DNA of 64,000 bases. It comes from Leucoraja erinacea. Lineage: Eukaryota. The notes beneath the pieces are model-generated. The model saw nothing but the letters and a program-made list of their open reading frames with translations, was not told where the DNA came from and searched no databases. Within the stretch, counting starts at the first letter, position 1, and the number at the start of each line of letters is the position of its first letter. A program made the translations under genes and the position numbers. Below are positions 38,637 through 50,176 of the stretch, piece by piece. The stretch is taken from NCBI RefSeq assembly GCF_028641065.1, contig NC_073388.1, positions 36,518,001 through 36,582,000 of the forward strand, given 5' to 3'.

Positions 38637-39428
38637 ACATAGAAACATAGAAACATAGAAAATATGTGCAGGAGTAGGCCATTCGGCCCTTCGAGCCTGC
38701 ACCGCCATTCAATATGATCATGGCTGATCATCCAACTCAGTATCCCGTACCTGCCTTCTCTCCATACCCCCTGATCCCTTTAGCCACAAGGGCCACATCT
38801 AACTCCCTCTTAAAATAGCCAATGAACTGGCCTCAACTACCTTCTGTGGCAGAGAGTTCCAGAGATTCACCACTCTCTGTGTGAAAAAGGTTTTTCTCAT
38901 CTCGGTCCTAAAGGATTTCCCCCTTATCCTTAAGCTGTGACCTCTTGTCCTGGACTTCCCCAACATCGGGAACAATCTTCCTGCATCTAGCCTGCCCAAC
39001 CCCTTAAGAATTGTATAAGTTTCTATAAGATCCCCTTTCAATCTCCTAAATTCTGGTGAGTACAAGTCGAGTCTATCCAGTCTTTCTTCATATGAAAGTC
39101 CTGACATCCCAGGAATCAGTCTGGTGTACCTTCTCTGCACTCCCTGTATGGCAATAATGTCCTTCCTCAGATTTGGAGATCAAAACTGTACACAAGACTC
39201 CAGGTGTGGTCTCACCAGACCCTGTACAACTGCAGTAGAACCTCCCTGCTCCTATACTCAAATCCTTTCGCTATTAATGCTAACATACCATTCGCTTTCT
39301 TCACTGCCTGCTGCACCTGCATGCCTACTTTCAAAGACTGGTGTACCATGACACCCAGGGTCTCATTGCATCTCCCTTTTTCCTAATCGGCCACCATTTA
39401 GATAATAGTCTGCTTTCCTGTTTTTGCC
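38637..39428 (-). mobile_element. CR1 (HER1-like) 3' fragment
   Basis: ORF 38799-39140 and an (agaaacat)n tail. Nearly identical to 26004-26527. Confidence 0.92.
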
Positions 39429-39566
39429 TAGTTGCCTGTAGTCACCTAAAAAATAGCCTAAGTGGGATATGCCCTTAAGGGTGTTAAAGTTACAGGGATA
39501 AGGCAAAATAATTGAGTTGAGAGGTAAGATGTGTACGTCCTCGGATGATGTGCCCTCCTAAAGTCC

Positions 39567-39905
39567 TCAACCCTGGGGCGATCCTGTGCTCAGGGTGAGG
39601 GACTTCGATGTATTCCCTCCCATCTTGACTACCTGGGGCCTGGCGGTGAGAAAGTCCAGGGCCCAGGCACACAGGGGGGTGTTGAGCTCTAATTCCAGTA
39701 GCTTCTCAGCCAGTCTGGTGGGGACTATCGTGTTGAAGTCTATGAACAGCATCCTCACGTAGCCCCCCTTCTGGCTGTCAAGATGAGAGAGAACGGTGTG
39801 CAAAACCTGGGAGACCACATCGTCTGTGGATCTGTTCGGACGGTATGCGAACTGTAACGGGTCCATGTTGCGAGGTAGGACGGCGCAGATGTGTTTGTGT
39901 ATCAA
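39567..39905 (-). mobile_element. Rex1/Babar RT fragment
   Basis: [15 protein letters not shown]...YVRMLFIDF...[12 protein letters not shown]...STGSPQG. Confidence 0.88.
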
Positions 39906-40363
39906 TTGATATAAATGTCATAAAATTGATAGTTTATTGCCTGCAGTCTGATTTATCATTATCCTGTTGACACTGCTCCTTTGTTCTTGTAAAAATATTG
40001 GAGTTCCCCATGTACTAGATGTGACATTGATCAAAACGTTTTATTTTGGCACTTCAAGGAATAAGGAACTGGTCTGGCTTTGCACTAAACTGGTTTGACC
40101 AGAGTTTAAGTTCTTTCTCTATATATACATCAGAGATTCCTGTAAATGCATTTCAAAGGAAGTCATTAGAATTGGATAAAATGTCTCTGTGTGACAGCTT
40201 TGAATGTTGAATGCTGATTTGTTTCTCTCTAATTGAGTTCAGTTGTGCAAGCCAATAAAGTTGATAACCTGATTAAGATGGAGAGGGTACAGAAACCCCC
40301 CACTAAAGTGTTGCTTAGAATGGAGGGCTTGAGTTATAATGAGAGTTTGAACAGTTTTCCTTG

Positions 40364-42185
40364 TGTGGGTGTCAAACACAGGCCAATATTAGAAGAACCA
40401 TCCACATTGTGGATAATGCTAAAAAAAAAGGATACAAATATGGTCCTGGTCTAAACTGACTGATGCAGAAAAAGCCTTTGATAATGTTAGTTGGGTAGGA
40501 TGAGATTTGGTCTCAATGAAGATGCAATTCGGTGTATTAAAACAATATATCAGGAGCCTACAGCTAGGATTAAGGTAAATGGAAACATATCAAAAAGGAT
40601 CCAGAGAGGGGCACGACAAGGATGCTGTCTTTCTCCTACTCTCTTTGTTTTGTATATTGAACCCTTGAACAAGCAATAAGACAGAGAGAAGACCTGCAGG
40701 GGGTCAAAATAGGGTGGAAAGAACATATCATTGGTCTTTTCTCTGATGATGTCATTATTTTTCTTGAACGACCAGATATATGTTTCCCAAATCTAATGAA
40801 CCTATTTGAAACATATGGATACTACTTAGGGTATAAACTGAATATAACAAAAACACAAATTCTTTCATTCAATTATTCTCCATCCCAACAAATCAGAGAC
40901 GCATATAATCTGAAATGGAATTCTAAAACGATGCAGTATCTTGTAACTATAACTAAAACACTTTCCAACATGTTTGAAACTAATTATAACAAAATTGAAG
41001 ATAACATCAAAAAGGATGGTGAAAGGTGGTCTACCTTTCCTTTCGACTTCAGTGCCAGAATACAAACAGTAAAAATGAATATCCTACCTAAACTACTATA
41101 TTTATTCCAATCTCTCCCAATTAATGTTCCCCGAGACAAATTCATAGCCTGGGAAAAGATTCATTTGTAATAGCAAAAAACCAAGAATAAAACTAACAAC
41201 ACTTCAACTGCCGAAAAGCAAGGGTGGAATGGCTTTACCAAATCTGAGGAAATACTTTTATGCAGCTCAACCCAGACCTCTGGCTTGTTGGTGTAGACCT
41301 GATTATGAATCTCGATGGAAATAAATGGAAAGGGAGATACAGGGTTACCAGACCCAGATTTTGGTGGGAGACAAATATCTGAGAGGAACTTTGAGACATG
41401 CTATGGATCCAATAGTCGCATTTACGTTCGAAATATGGAATGTTGTAGTGGAAAAATACAAATTAAAAAGAGGAGTTTACGCATTGAAGTTGTTCGCATA
41501 TGACTCAAAGTTTAAGCCAGGGGTGTATGATTCAAGATTCAAAGAATGGGTACAAAAAGACATAACGGCAATGTATGCAGTTTCAGAAAATGACGAGTTT
41601 ATGAGCTTCCAAGATTTAAAGTCAAAGTATGATCTCGAAAATAAAGATTTTTTTAGATACTTGCAATTAAGAGACTACTTTACTTATGAGATATGGCCAG
41701 AGCTAGATGAAACTTCAAATAATGTGATCAAGGTGATTGTGGATGCATACAAACAGAAGGGGTCTCGGGTCATCTCTGCTTTCTACCAAGCTCTGGTGGG
41801 AAGTGGGGGAGAATCAACGCTCTACATAAAAACAATGGGAAGCAGAATTAAAAATTAATATAACAGAAGAAGAATGGTATCAAATGTGTGAAACACAATG
41901 TTCATCCACAAGCTCACTAGTATGGAGAAAATATTGCTGGAAGAATCTAACTTGCTTTTTTATAACACCCAAAATAAAAAGCAGACAACTTGCTGTACAA
42001 CAACACTGTTGAAGGCTGTGCGGGAGTATGGAGGCAGACCACTCGCATATTTTCTTTTTCTTCCCTATCTATTTATTTTTTAATTTGATTGTTGTTTTTC
42101 TTATTTTGTTTTATTTATGGTGATGGTGTTGCTCTGTTTTGTACATATCTCTGTGAAAAAATCAATAAAAATTTAAGTGAAAAAA
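40364..42185 (+). mobile_element. 5'-truncated L1 LINE inserted in an old CR1
   Basis: DAEKAFD, RGARQGCCLSP and [16 protein letters not shown] motifs, ending in AATAAA and an A tail. ttttccttg is repeated at both flanks. Confidence 0.88.
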
Positions 42186-43094
42186 TACACTTTTCCTTGG
42201 AGTTAAGGAGGTTGAGATGTGACATGATAGAGGTAAATAAAACCAGGTGAGGCATAGATAAGGTACACGGTGTCTGTATCCCTTAAAAAAAAACTAGAGG
42301 GCACAGGTTTAAGTTGAAAGGGAGAAAGTTTAGAGGGCACATATTTTTATTTCTGATTCTTAAATTTGGTGACACAAAGAACTGCAGATGCTGGGACCTT
42401 GCAGAGTAAAATACAGTTTCCCCCCCCCCCCCCCCCCCCCCCCTCCCCCCCCCCTCCCACATAACAAGATTAGATCTCAAAAATAAAACGTTTTTAGACA
42501 CAAAAATGGGTGAAAAGACGGATTCCAGGCAGAGCAGCCAAGCACAATGGCGCCCCACCCCTGCACATCCGCTATTTTTTTCTGTTTATTTATTGTGTAT
42601 ATATATATATGGTCTATGGTATATAAACACACTGAACTTTTATCTCCTGTTCTGTATTATGTTTATATATTCTGTTGTGCTGCAGCAAGCAAGAATTTCA
42701 TTGTCCTATCTGGGACACAGGACAATAAAACTCTCTTGACCCTTGACTTGGACTTAAGCAAAAAAGGGTTCTTGGGGGAAAAAAGAGCTACCTTAAATTG
42801 TTGCGTCTGGTTGGGTAACTATGGTAGGGTGAAGACTATTCCATGCTTTAATTGTGCGGGGGAACTCCATGGAGCAGCCAGCAACTCTGGATAGAAAAGA
42901 TTGAGTGACGTTTCGGGTAGAGACCCTTCTTTAGACTCCCTCTGGTTTTAGTATTTTTAGTTTAATTTAAAGATACAGCGTGGAAACAGACCCTTCGGCC
43001 CACCGAGTCCACGCCGACCACCGATCACCCGTACACTAGTTCTATCCCACACATTAGCGGAGTAAATCAAGAGTCAAGAGTGTTTTACTCTCTC

Positions 43095-43850
43095 ACTCTA
43101 CCCTTTTTTCCGTTCCCACATCAAACCAAAATCTTAGAACAATGATGCTGAGAAGACATTTGATAGCGTAGAATTGGGAATACTTATTCAATACTCTTGA
43201 AAAATTTAAGATTGGTCCAAAATTTATCTCTTGGATCAAGCTGATATATCATATACCTCAGGCTTCTGTACTTACCAATAATCAGAGATCCCTTTTTTTC
43301 AGGCTCTTTTGAGGTACTAGACAGGGCTGTCCTTTAAGTCCTTTACTGTTTGATATCACTTTGGAACCTTTGGCCACCGTTATTAGGGAATCCCCTAATA
43401 TATTTGGTATTGTCCGTGAGAATAAGACACATAAGCTATCTCTCTATGCAGATGATCTGTTATTATTTATCTCTAACCCAGAGAAATCTATTCCGGCAAT
43501 AGTAGCACTACTTAATTAATTTAGTAGTTTTTCTGGTTATAAACTAAATCTTAGTAAGAGCGTGTTTTTTCCATTTAACAATTTAATTTTGAATTATGGA
43601 CAGTTTTCATTTAGATTGATTACCGACTGTTTGACTTCTTTAGGCATTAAGTTTACCAAGAAACAAAAGGATCTATTTATAGCCAATTTTACGCCCCTAA
43701 TTGATCATGTCAGACAACAGTTCACTAAATGGTCACCAATGTCCTCATCTCTAATTGGTCGAATCAATGCTATTAAAATGTTATCCTACCTAAATTTTTG
43801 TATTTATTTCAGACAATACCAATTTTTATTGTTAAATCTTTCAAACGGTA
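43095..43850 (+). mobile_element. L1 RT fragment
   Basis: GTRQGCPLSPLLF, KLSLYADDLL and GRINAIKM motifs. Confidence 0.88.
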
Positions 43851-44459
43851 AGTTCTCGTTTAATCTTTATATTTTCACTTGGTAAAATTAGCTGGGAATA
43901 ACAGATGGAATTTAAATGAGGGATTTATGCACTCTGGGAAGAATTATGAGAGGAGGACACACAGTGAAAGGTGGAACCCTTCAAACCGAAAGACTGCAGT
44001 GACATGTCCAAAGATCCTTGTAGGTGGCAGCACAGGTGGATGAGGTGGTGAAGAAGGTGCAAGGGATACTTGCCTTTGTTATCTAGGGCATGGCATATAA
44101 GAGCAGGGATGTCATGGTATTGCTTTATAAAACATTAGTTATACAATTCTGGTCGGCTGCGTCTGTGAACAGAGTCAATGTTTCAGGTTGTGAATCCTTT
44201 GTTAGAACAGATGCTTATTAAGCTGCAAGATGGTTAAAACCGAGGGATGATGTCTTTGATAAGGCAAAAAGGGTGTGGCCATCAAATGACAATTTTTATC
44301 CCATTTTTCTGTTTTGCACCCATCATTTATTCATTGTTATATTTCTCATTACTGTATGTGCATTGTTCACTCTGTGAGCAGGTTATGTACATTGTTTCAT
44401 GTGAGTAAGGTAATTCACTGCACCCTGGTGCCTATGACAATAAACTAAGCAAGGAAAAA

Positions 44460-45000
44460 AGAACTCTCGGCCCATCTTGCCATGCCAATTTTGGCATATT
44501 GGACGTCCTATTTGCCTGCATTTGATCCATATCCCTCTAACACCCTTCTTTTCCATGCATCTGTACAAATGTCATTTAAAACCTGTAATTGTATCATCTT
44601 TTCTCGCTTCCTTTGCATCTCATTCCAGATATAGACTACCCTCTAAGTGAAAAAGTTGCCCCTGAGGCCGCTTTTAAATATCCTCACCTTAAATGTATGA
44701 CCACTATTTTTAGAATTCTCGACCCTGGGAAAACGACTGTGAGTGTTTTTTTTTATCCATGCCCTTCATGATCTTGTACACCTCGATAAGGTCATCCCTT
44801 AACTTCCTGTGCAAAAAAAATGAGTTTGCACATATCTAACCTCTCCCTATAAGCCAACAGGTCCAGGTAACATCCTGGTGAATCGCTTTTACACCCTTTC
44901 CAACTTAATAACCTTCTTTTTGGAGCTGGGCGACCAGACCTACACACAATAGTCCAAGGGTGCTCTCATCAATGACTTGTACAGCAGAATCATGATGTCA
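44460..45000 (-). mobile_element. CR1 fragment
   Basis: Decayed CR1 C-terminus and 3' UTR on the minus strand. Confidence 0.7.
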
Positions 45001-45719
45001 TAACATTAGTGCTAAATCCTGATATCCCAACTTTTGTAATCTGAATCTGAATAGGAATAAGCGGTAAAGAAAGTATTTTTGGCCAGTGACTGAATGTAAG
45101 GACTTAGAGGTTGGGAACACAGACAAAAGAACATGGATAAAAGAAATGTGGATGTTGCAAACTGCAGAATAGGAGGACATGGCCAGCAGGACCAACCTCG
45201 TCCCACTTCCAACTAACCATCTATCTTCTCATGACACTTTTCCTTGTAACTGCAGGTGATGTAACACTTGACTCTTCACGTCTTCACTTCCCAAATTCCA
45301 AGGATTCAAAGTCTTTCCAAACAAAGCAGCGATTCACTTGCACTTCTTGCAGTCTAGTTCATAATGAGTCTCCTTTACATTAGAGAAACCACAGATTGAG
45401 TAATCATTTCTCAGAACACCTTTTTCAAGGAGGAGAGGATGTGGCCTGCCTTGCACTTACAATATTTCATAGGATTTGGCAGTGCTACTTCCAATGAAGT
45501 CACCAGCAACAATATTGTTCAAGTTCTGGGATGTGATTTATCCCTTCTCGAATACATCCATCTTTACATTATTTATTCTTTTCATTATGGGTTTGGAAGT
45601 TTTTACTGTGCAAAATTAATCGTTTATTCTAATTGTTTCAGTTGTTTGCGAAAGTTTCAAAGAAAGCCAAATACAAGCATGAGGTTTTGTTTTGTCTTAT
45701 CTGTACTTTAGGTTGGTTA

Positions 45720-46862
45720 TCTATATAATTAAAAGTCTCATCTTGACCACTTCCTGCGCTGTATATTGATTTTAGAAAAAACGCTACCATATATCGCTAC
45801 GATTTTTGGCCATATTACTCACAAGTCCTCCTCCGCTGAGCAGGCCCCGAGGATTTTTCCCATCCATTAAAAATAAAAAAGTTATGAGTGTTTAAAAAAC
45901 CTTGAGATCCTCTCGCCTGTCAATCACCGCAATGATGCTAAGTCCCCTTCCGGGGGAGGAGGTGGGGGGTGGCAGGACTATAAAACCCCGGATGCCTGGA
46001 TGTGACTCAGTCACCCTGTAAGATCGCGAGGGAGAGCACAACTCTCATTCTAAGCTGTGAATCAACTGATCTGTGAGCCTGCAATGTACTTGCAATAAAT
46101 TATTTGTTAGCCCTTAATGACAATGCCATGAGTTGTTTGACCTGCTGCCCTGCATGTGCTTGAAACTACAATGCTTTATTAGGTCCGACTGTGTTTGGTT
46201 CAAAGGTCCCGCTCATTTTGTGACTTCTGCTTACTGGACAGGTCGCGTTGATTGCGTATTTTCAGTGAGTGCAGAGGTCACGCTGATTGCGTAATTTGCG
46301 GTAAGTGCAGAGGTCATGATGATTGCAGAACTGCCGCTGACTGCAGAAGCCCCAAAGTGGAGAGGCCGCACTCAGCCGTGTGAGTATTCAAGAAGGTTTA
46401 CTGCCATATANNNNNNNNNNNNNNNNNNNNNNNNNNNNNNNNNNNNNNNNNNNNNNNNNNNNNNNNNNNNNNNNNNNNNNNNNNNNNNNNNNNNNNNNNN
46501 NNNNNNNNNNNNNNNNNNNNNNNNNNNNNNNNNNNNNNNNNNNNNNNNNNNNNNNNNNNNNNNNNNNNNNNNNNNNNNNNNNNNNNNNNNNNNNNNNNNN
46601 NNNNNNNNNNNNNNNNNNNNNNNNNNNNNNNNNNNNNNNNNNNNNNNNNNNNNNNNTGCCAGCCCAAGAATCCATTCGGCCCACAATGTCCTTACTAGCC
46701 CTCTGGAAACCAGTCCCTTCAGCCCACAACACCAAGCTAGCGCTCCAGAAAGCTCCTCTCCACTGGCCAGCAATATTGTAATTGGTGGAGAGATGGAATA
46801 TTGCATTGGGGGACCTGCCCTCCCGTGTGAAGCTGGGACCCAACGTGTCCCACTTAGTCTAG
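45720..46862 (+). mobile_element. Non-autonomous Helitron with both termini (contains assembly gap 46411-46656)
   Basis: A|TC 5' end, subterminal hairpin tgggacccaacgtgtccca (46834-46852), CTAG|T 3' end, and no TSD. Confidence 0.85.
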
Positions 46863-47649
46863 TTTTATTATTATTTCTTTCTTTTGGAATTGATTTTGGA
46901 TAGAGATCTAGATTCTAAGCTAGTCATATGGAATACAGATCAGAAAGAAATTGGCGGTAGACAAAAATGCTGGAGAAACGGGTGAGGCAGTATCTATGGA
47001 ACGAAGGAAATAGGCAGTGTTTCGGCACAAAACTTTGCCTATTTCCTTCGCTCCATAGATGCTGAGTTTCTCCAGCTTTTTTGTCTACCTTCGATTTTCC
47101 AGCATCTGCAGTTCCTTCTTAAAGAAAGAAATTGGCATTTGGTGAAATTGATAATTAGGGTAAACTTAAATTGGGAATTTGAATTTGGTACCCTGGAAAA
47201 ACTGAACATTTGCAAAACAATCTAAAAGTGACCTTTGCGAACAAGAATGTTTTCTTTGTCCGGAAGATTGAAAAATGTTGCTCAACATTTTCTGACATGC
47301 TGATTTTAATTTTTAGTGTGCCTTTGAAAAATAATTTTGATGTAATCAGACCTTGCCAGCAACCAGTCATAATTGCACTGGAGGACAGCACAAGTGGAAT
47401 TATTTATGCCAAAACAAAAAGTAGGGACGCTGCAGGGCAAACAACTACATAATGTAGGAAACAGTAAGGATTGTAGCCAAACTCCTAATTAAAATGAAAT
47501 TAAGATATCACTTTAAAAATGCTTGTTGATGGATCTTCTAGGGTGCTTGATGGAGTCAGGTAAACAAGATGTGGGATTTACACAGAAATTACTAAAATGC
47601 ACCACTGGCAGAGACAGCTTTGAAACTGCCAACAAAAATGAGTGCTCAG

Positions 47650-48050
47650 ATAACCATATAACCATATAACAATTACAGCATGGAAACAGGCCATCTCGGC
47701 CCTACAAGTCCATGCCGAACAAATTTTTTTCCCCTTAGTCCCACCTGCCTGCACTCGTACCATAACCCTCCATTCCCTTCTCATCCATATGCCTATCCAA
47801 TTTATTTTTAAATGATACCAATGAACCTGTCTCCACCACTTCCACTGGGAGCTCATTCCACACCACCACCACTCTCTGCGTAAAGAAGTTCCCCCTCATA
47901 TTACCCCTAAACTTCTGTCCCTTAATTCTGAAGTCATGTCCTCTTGTTTGAATCACAAAAGCTTGTCCACATCAACTCTGTCTATCCCTCTCATCATTTT
48001 AAAGACCTCTATCAGGTCCCCCCTTAACCTTCTGCGCTCCAGAGAATAAA
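47650..48050 (-). mobile_element. CR1 3' fragment with (taaccata)n tail
   Basis: ORF 47735-47956 (TRGH...NFFTQRVV..WNELP). Confidence 0.88.
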
Positions 48051-48140
48051 GATACTAAGTTAGCAGCAGGAGAGTGTGTGATCAGCCACCCTGAAAATGG
48101 ATTATATGATAGGAAGCAATTATATCATAATCATAATCAT

Positions 48141-48338
48141 GGCCCCATGGCAGAAGCATCCACATTGCGGGGTTGGAAACTGGAAGTATCCTGAGCTAAT
48201 TCTGCTATCACCATCATCTATTGTGACAAGTGACGGCTTCCATTGATTGTTGCCGGAAGCTTGTACCCTTTTCAGGACGGGCGATGACAGCGACGTCAGC
48301 ATTTGTATTAAGATGGACATGAAAAGAAGAAGAAGAAG
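48141..48338 (+). mobile_element. Short (GAA)n-tailed retroposon
   Basis: Ends catgaaaagaagaagaagaag. Flanked on both sides by atcataatcat. Confidence 0.65.
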
Positions 48339-48959
48339 ATCATAATCATACTTTATTAGCCAGGTATGTTTTGCAACATATGAGGAATTTGATTAGAAGC
48401 ATCATATAATCTACAGGCAGCATTATAATTAATAAATCTCCTGCCTGATAAAGAGAACGGATGTGTTTTGTTTTTTCAGTCCTTGTACAAACAAACAACT
48501 GCAAATATTGCTTTACACAATAGGTCTGAAGTCTGAGATGTCACCTGTCCATGTTCTCCCGAAATGTCACCTGACCCACCGAGTCACTCCAGCACATTAC
48601 ATCCTTTGATGAGTAGACTGCTTGAAATGATTAACTTCAGAGCTGTTTGAGCCTTGGGCCATAGTGAGAACAGAAGATTGAAGGAGAAATGAAATAAACA
48701 AAAGGTGCTCTGAGATGTCAGGAACAACAACCTGGGAACAATCATCGCAAGAAGGAAGGCCCAGAATTCAAAGCTCAGAGAAATCTATTACCCTACCAGC
48801 GGAGTGAATGTGCCCAATCATTCACATGGGTAGTAGCCAAGTCCAAAACGTACATTTTATGATTTATTATAAGATGTGATAAGCTGGAATAATAAATTAT
48901 ATGTGAAGCTCTTAAAAGGCAATGGTTTGCATGCATGCTTAAATAACTCCAGTGTCAAT

Positions 48960-49445
48960 AAAGTTGTACTTAAGCTGGAAAGAGTGCAGAGAAGATTTAC
49001 AAGGATGTTGCCAGGAGTTGAGGGGCTGAGCTATAGTGAGTGGTTGGGCAGGCTAGGGCTTTACTCCTTGGAGCGGAGGAGGATGAGGGGTGATCTTATA
49101 GAGGTAAAATATAAAATCATGAGGGGAACTAATAAATGTATTTTACCCAGAGCTGGAGGACATATGTTTAATATGAGAGGCACAAGATTTAATATAAACC
49201 TGAGGGGGAACTGTTTCACTCAAAGAGTAGTGAATATATGTAACGAGTTGCAAGAGGAGGTAGTTGAGGCAGATACTATAACAGCATTAAAATACACTTG
49301 GACAGGTACAGTTCATGGATAGAAAAGGTTTGGAGCAATATGGGCCAAATGTGGAGTAATGGAACAAGCTTAGAAGGGCTATCTTGGCTGGCTTGGACAA
49401 GTTGAACTGAAGAGCCTGTTTCCATGCTGTGTAACTCTGACTCCA
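48960..49445 (+). mobile_element. CR1 3' fragment
   Basis: KLERVQRRFTRMLPG...LYSLERRRMRGDLIEV. Confidence 0.9.
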
Positions 49446-49449
49446 TAAC

Positions 49450-50176
49450 TGTTGAATAATGATCAGGCTCACACAAAGCGCTAAGAATCCAAAGTCCTTT
49501 ATTAGCAACACTACAGGGGTGGAGGATTGCAACCTTCACGTGGTCCGCCCTGTTTCGACTAATGCAATCAACTCGACCTGCACAGACGGAAGATCAAATA
49601 GAACAAGTTGTCCAACAACTGTAGGCTGTGCACACCACACGAAAGAAGAAGAAGAAGCAACTCTGCAGAGGTAACTTCATCTCAGCATGCATAACTAGTT
49701 TAAGAGCGAGAGAGAGAGAGTGCTCTCTAATAAGCCTGTGGGCGGAGCCACAGTATGAGTGACACTAATCTGCATCTTCTCTGTTAAAGAATTAAATGCA
49801 AATAGAAAACTACCGACTATATAAAGCATACATTGCAAATGGCAATAAACTGGAGGAAGATCAAATTTAGCTTGGGTACTCTATGGCGGGCTTACAAACA
49901 TGACCAGCACGTGTGCAATATAATCCATTTCTATTTGCCATCGGGGACACAATCGGTGTTGTAAGAGGTGTTGGAGATTGAATTGGTATTCCCAGTGACG
50001 AAACAGGAGACTTTCGCACAGGTGGTGGTGGTGTAGCCATCGGCAAAGTAACCGTTTCAGAAACAGGTTGCCGTGCTGGTGCAGATGGGCCGATGCTGCT
50101 GGATGTGGATGGAAGTATACTTGTACAGTCAGGATAGCACAGAAGTGGTGCTGGCTCATTCATCAGGCAGGATATG
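49450..50176 (-). mobile_element. Gypsy-like LTR retrotransposon 3' end (Pro/Ser-rich pol tail, PPT, 3' LTR)
   Basis: The ORF ends ...YCTRAGHVCKPAIEYPS*, resembling the TRSGR..KP tail of Gypsy integrases. A purine tract aacagagaaga precedes TG (about 49774). AATAAA and a terminal CA follow at 49450. Confidence 0.6.
49517..49655 (+). mobile_element. Short (GAA)n-tailed retroposon nested in the LTR
   Basis: Ends cacacgaaagaagaagaag. Imperfect TSD agcaacactacag (49504-49516) / agcaactctgcag (49656-49668). Confidence 0.7.

Noticed and set aside
46316-46903. ORFs spanning N runs (also 14-217)
   Set aside because: Assembly-gap artefacts.
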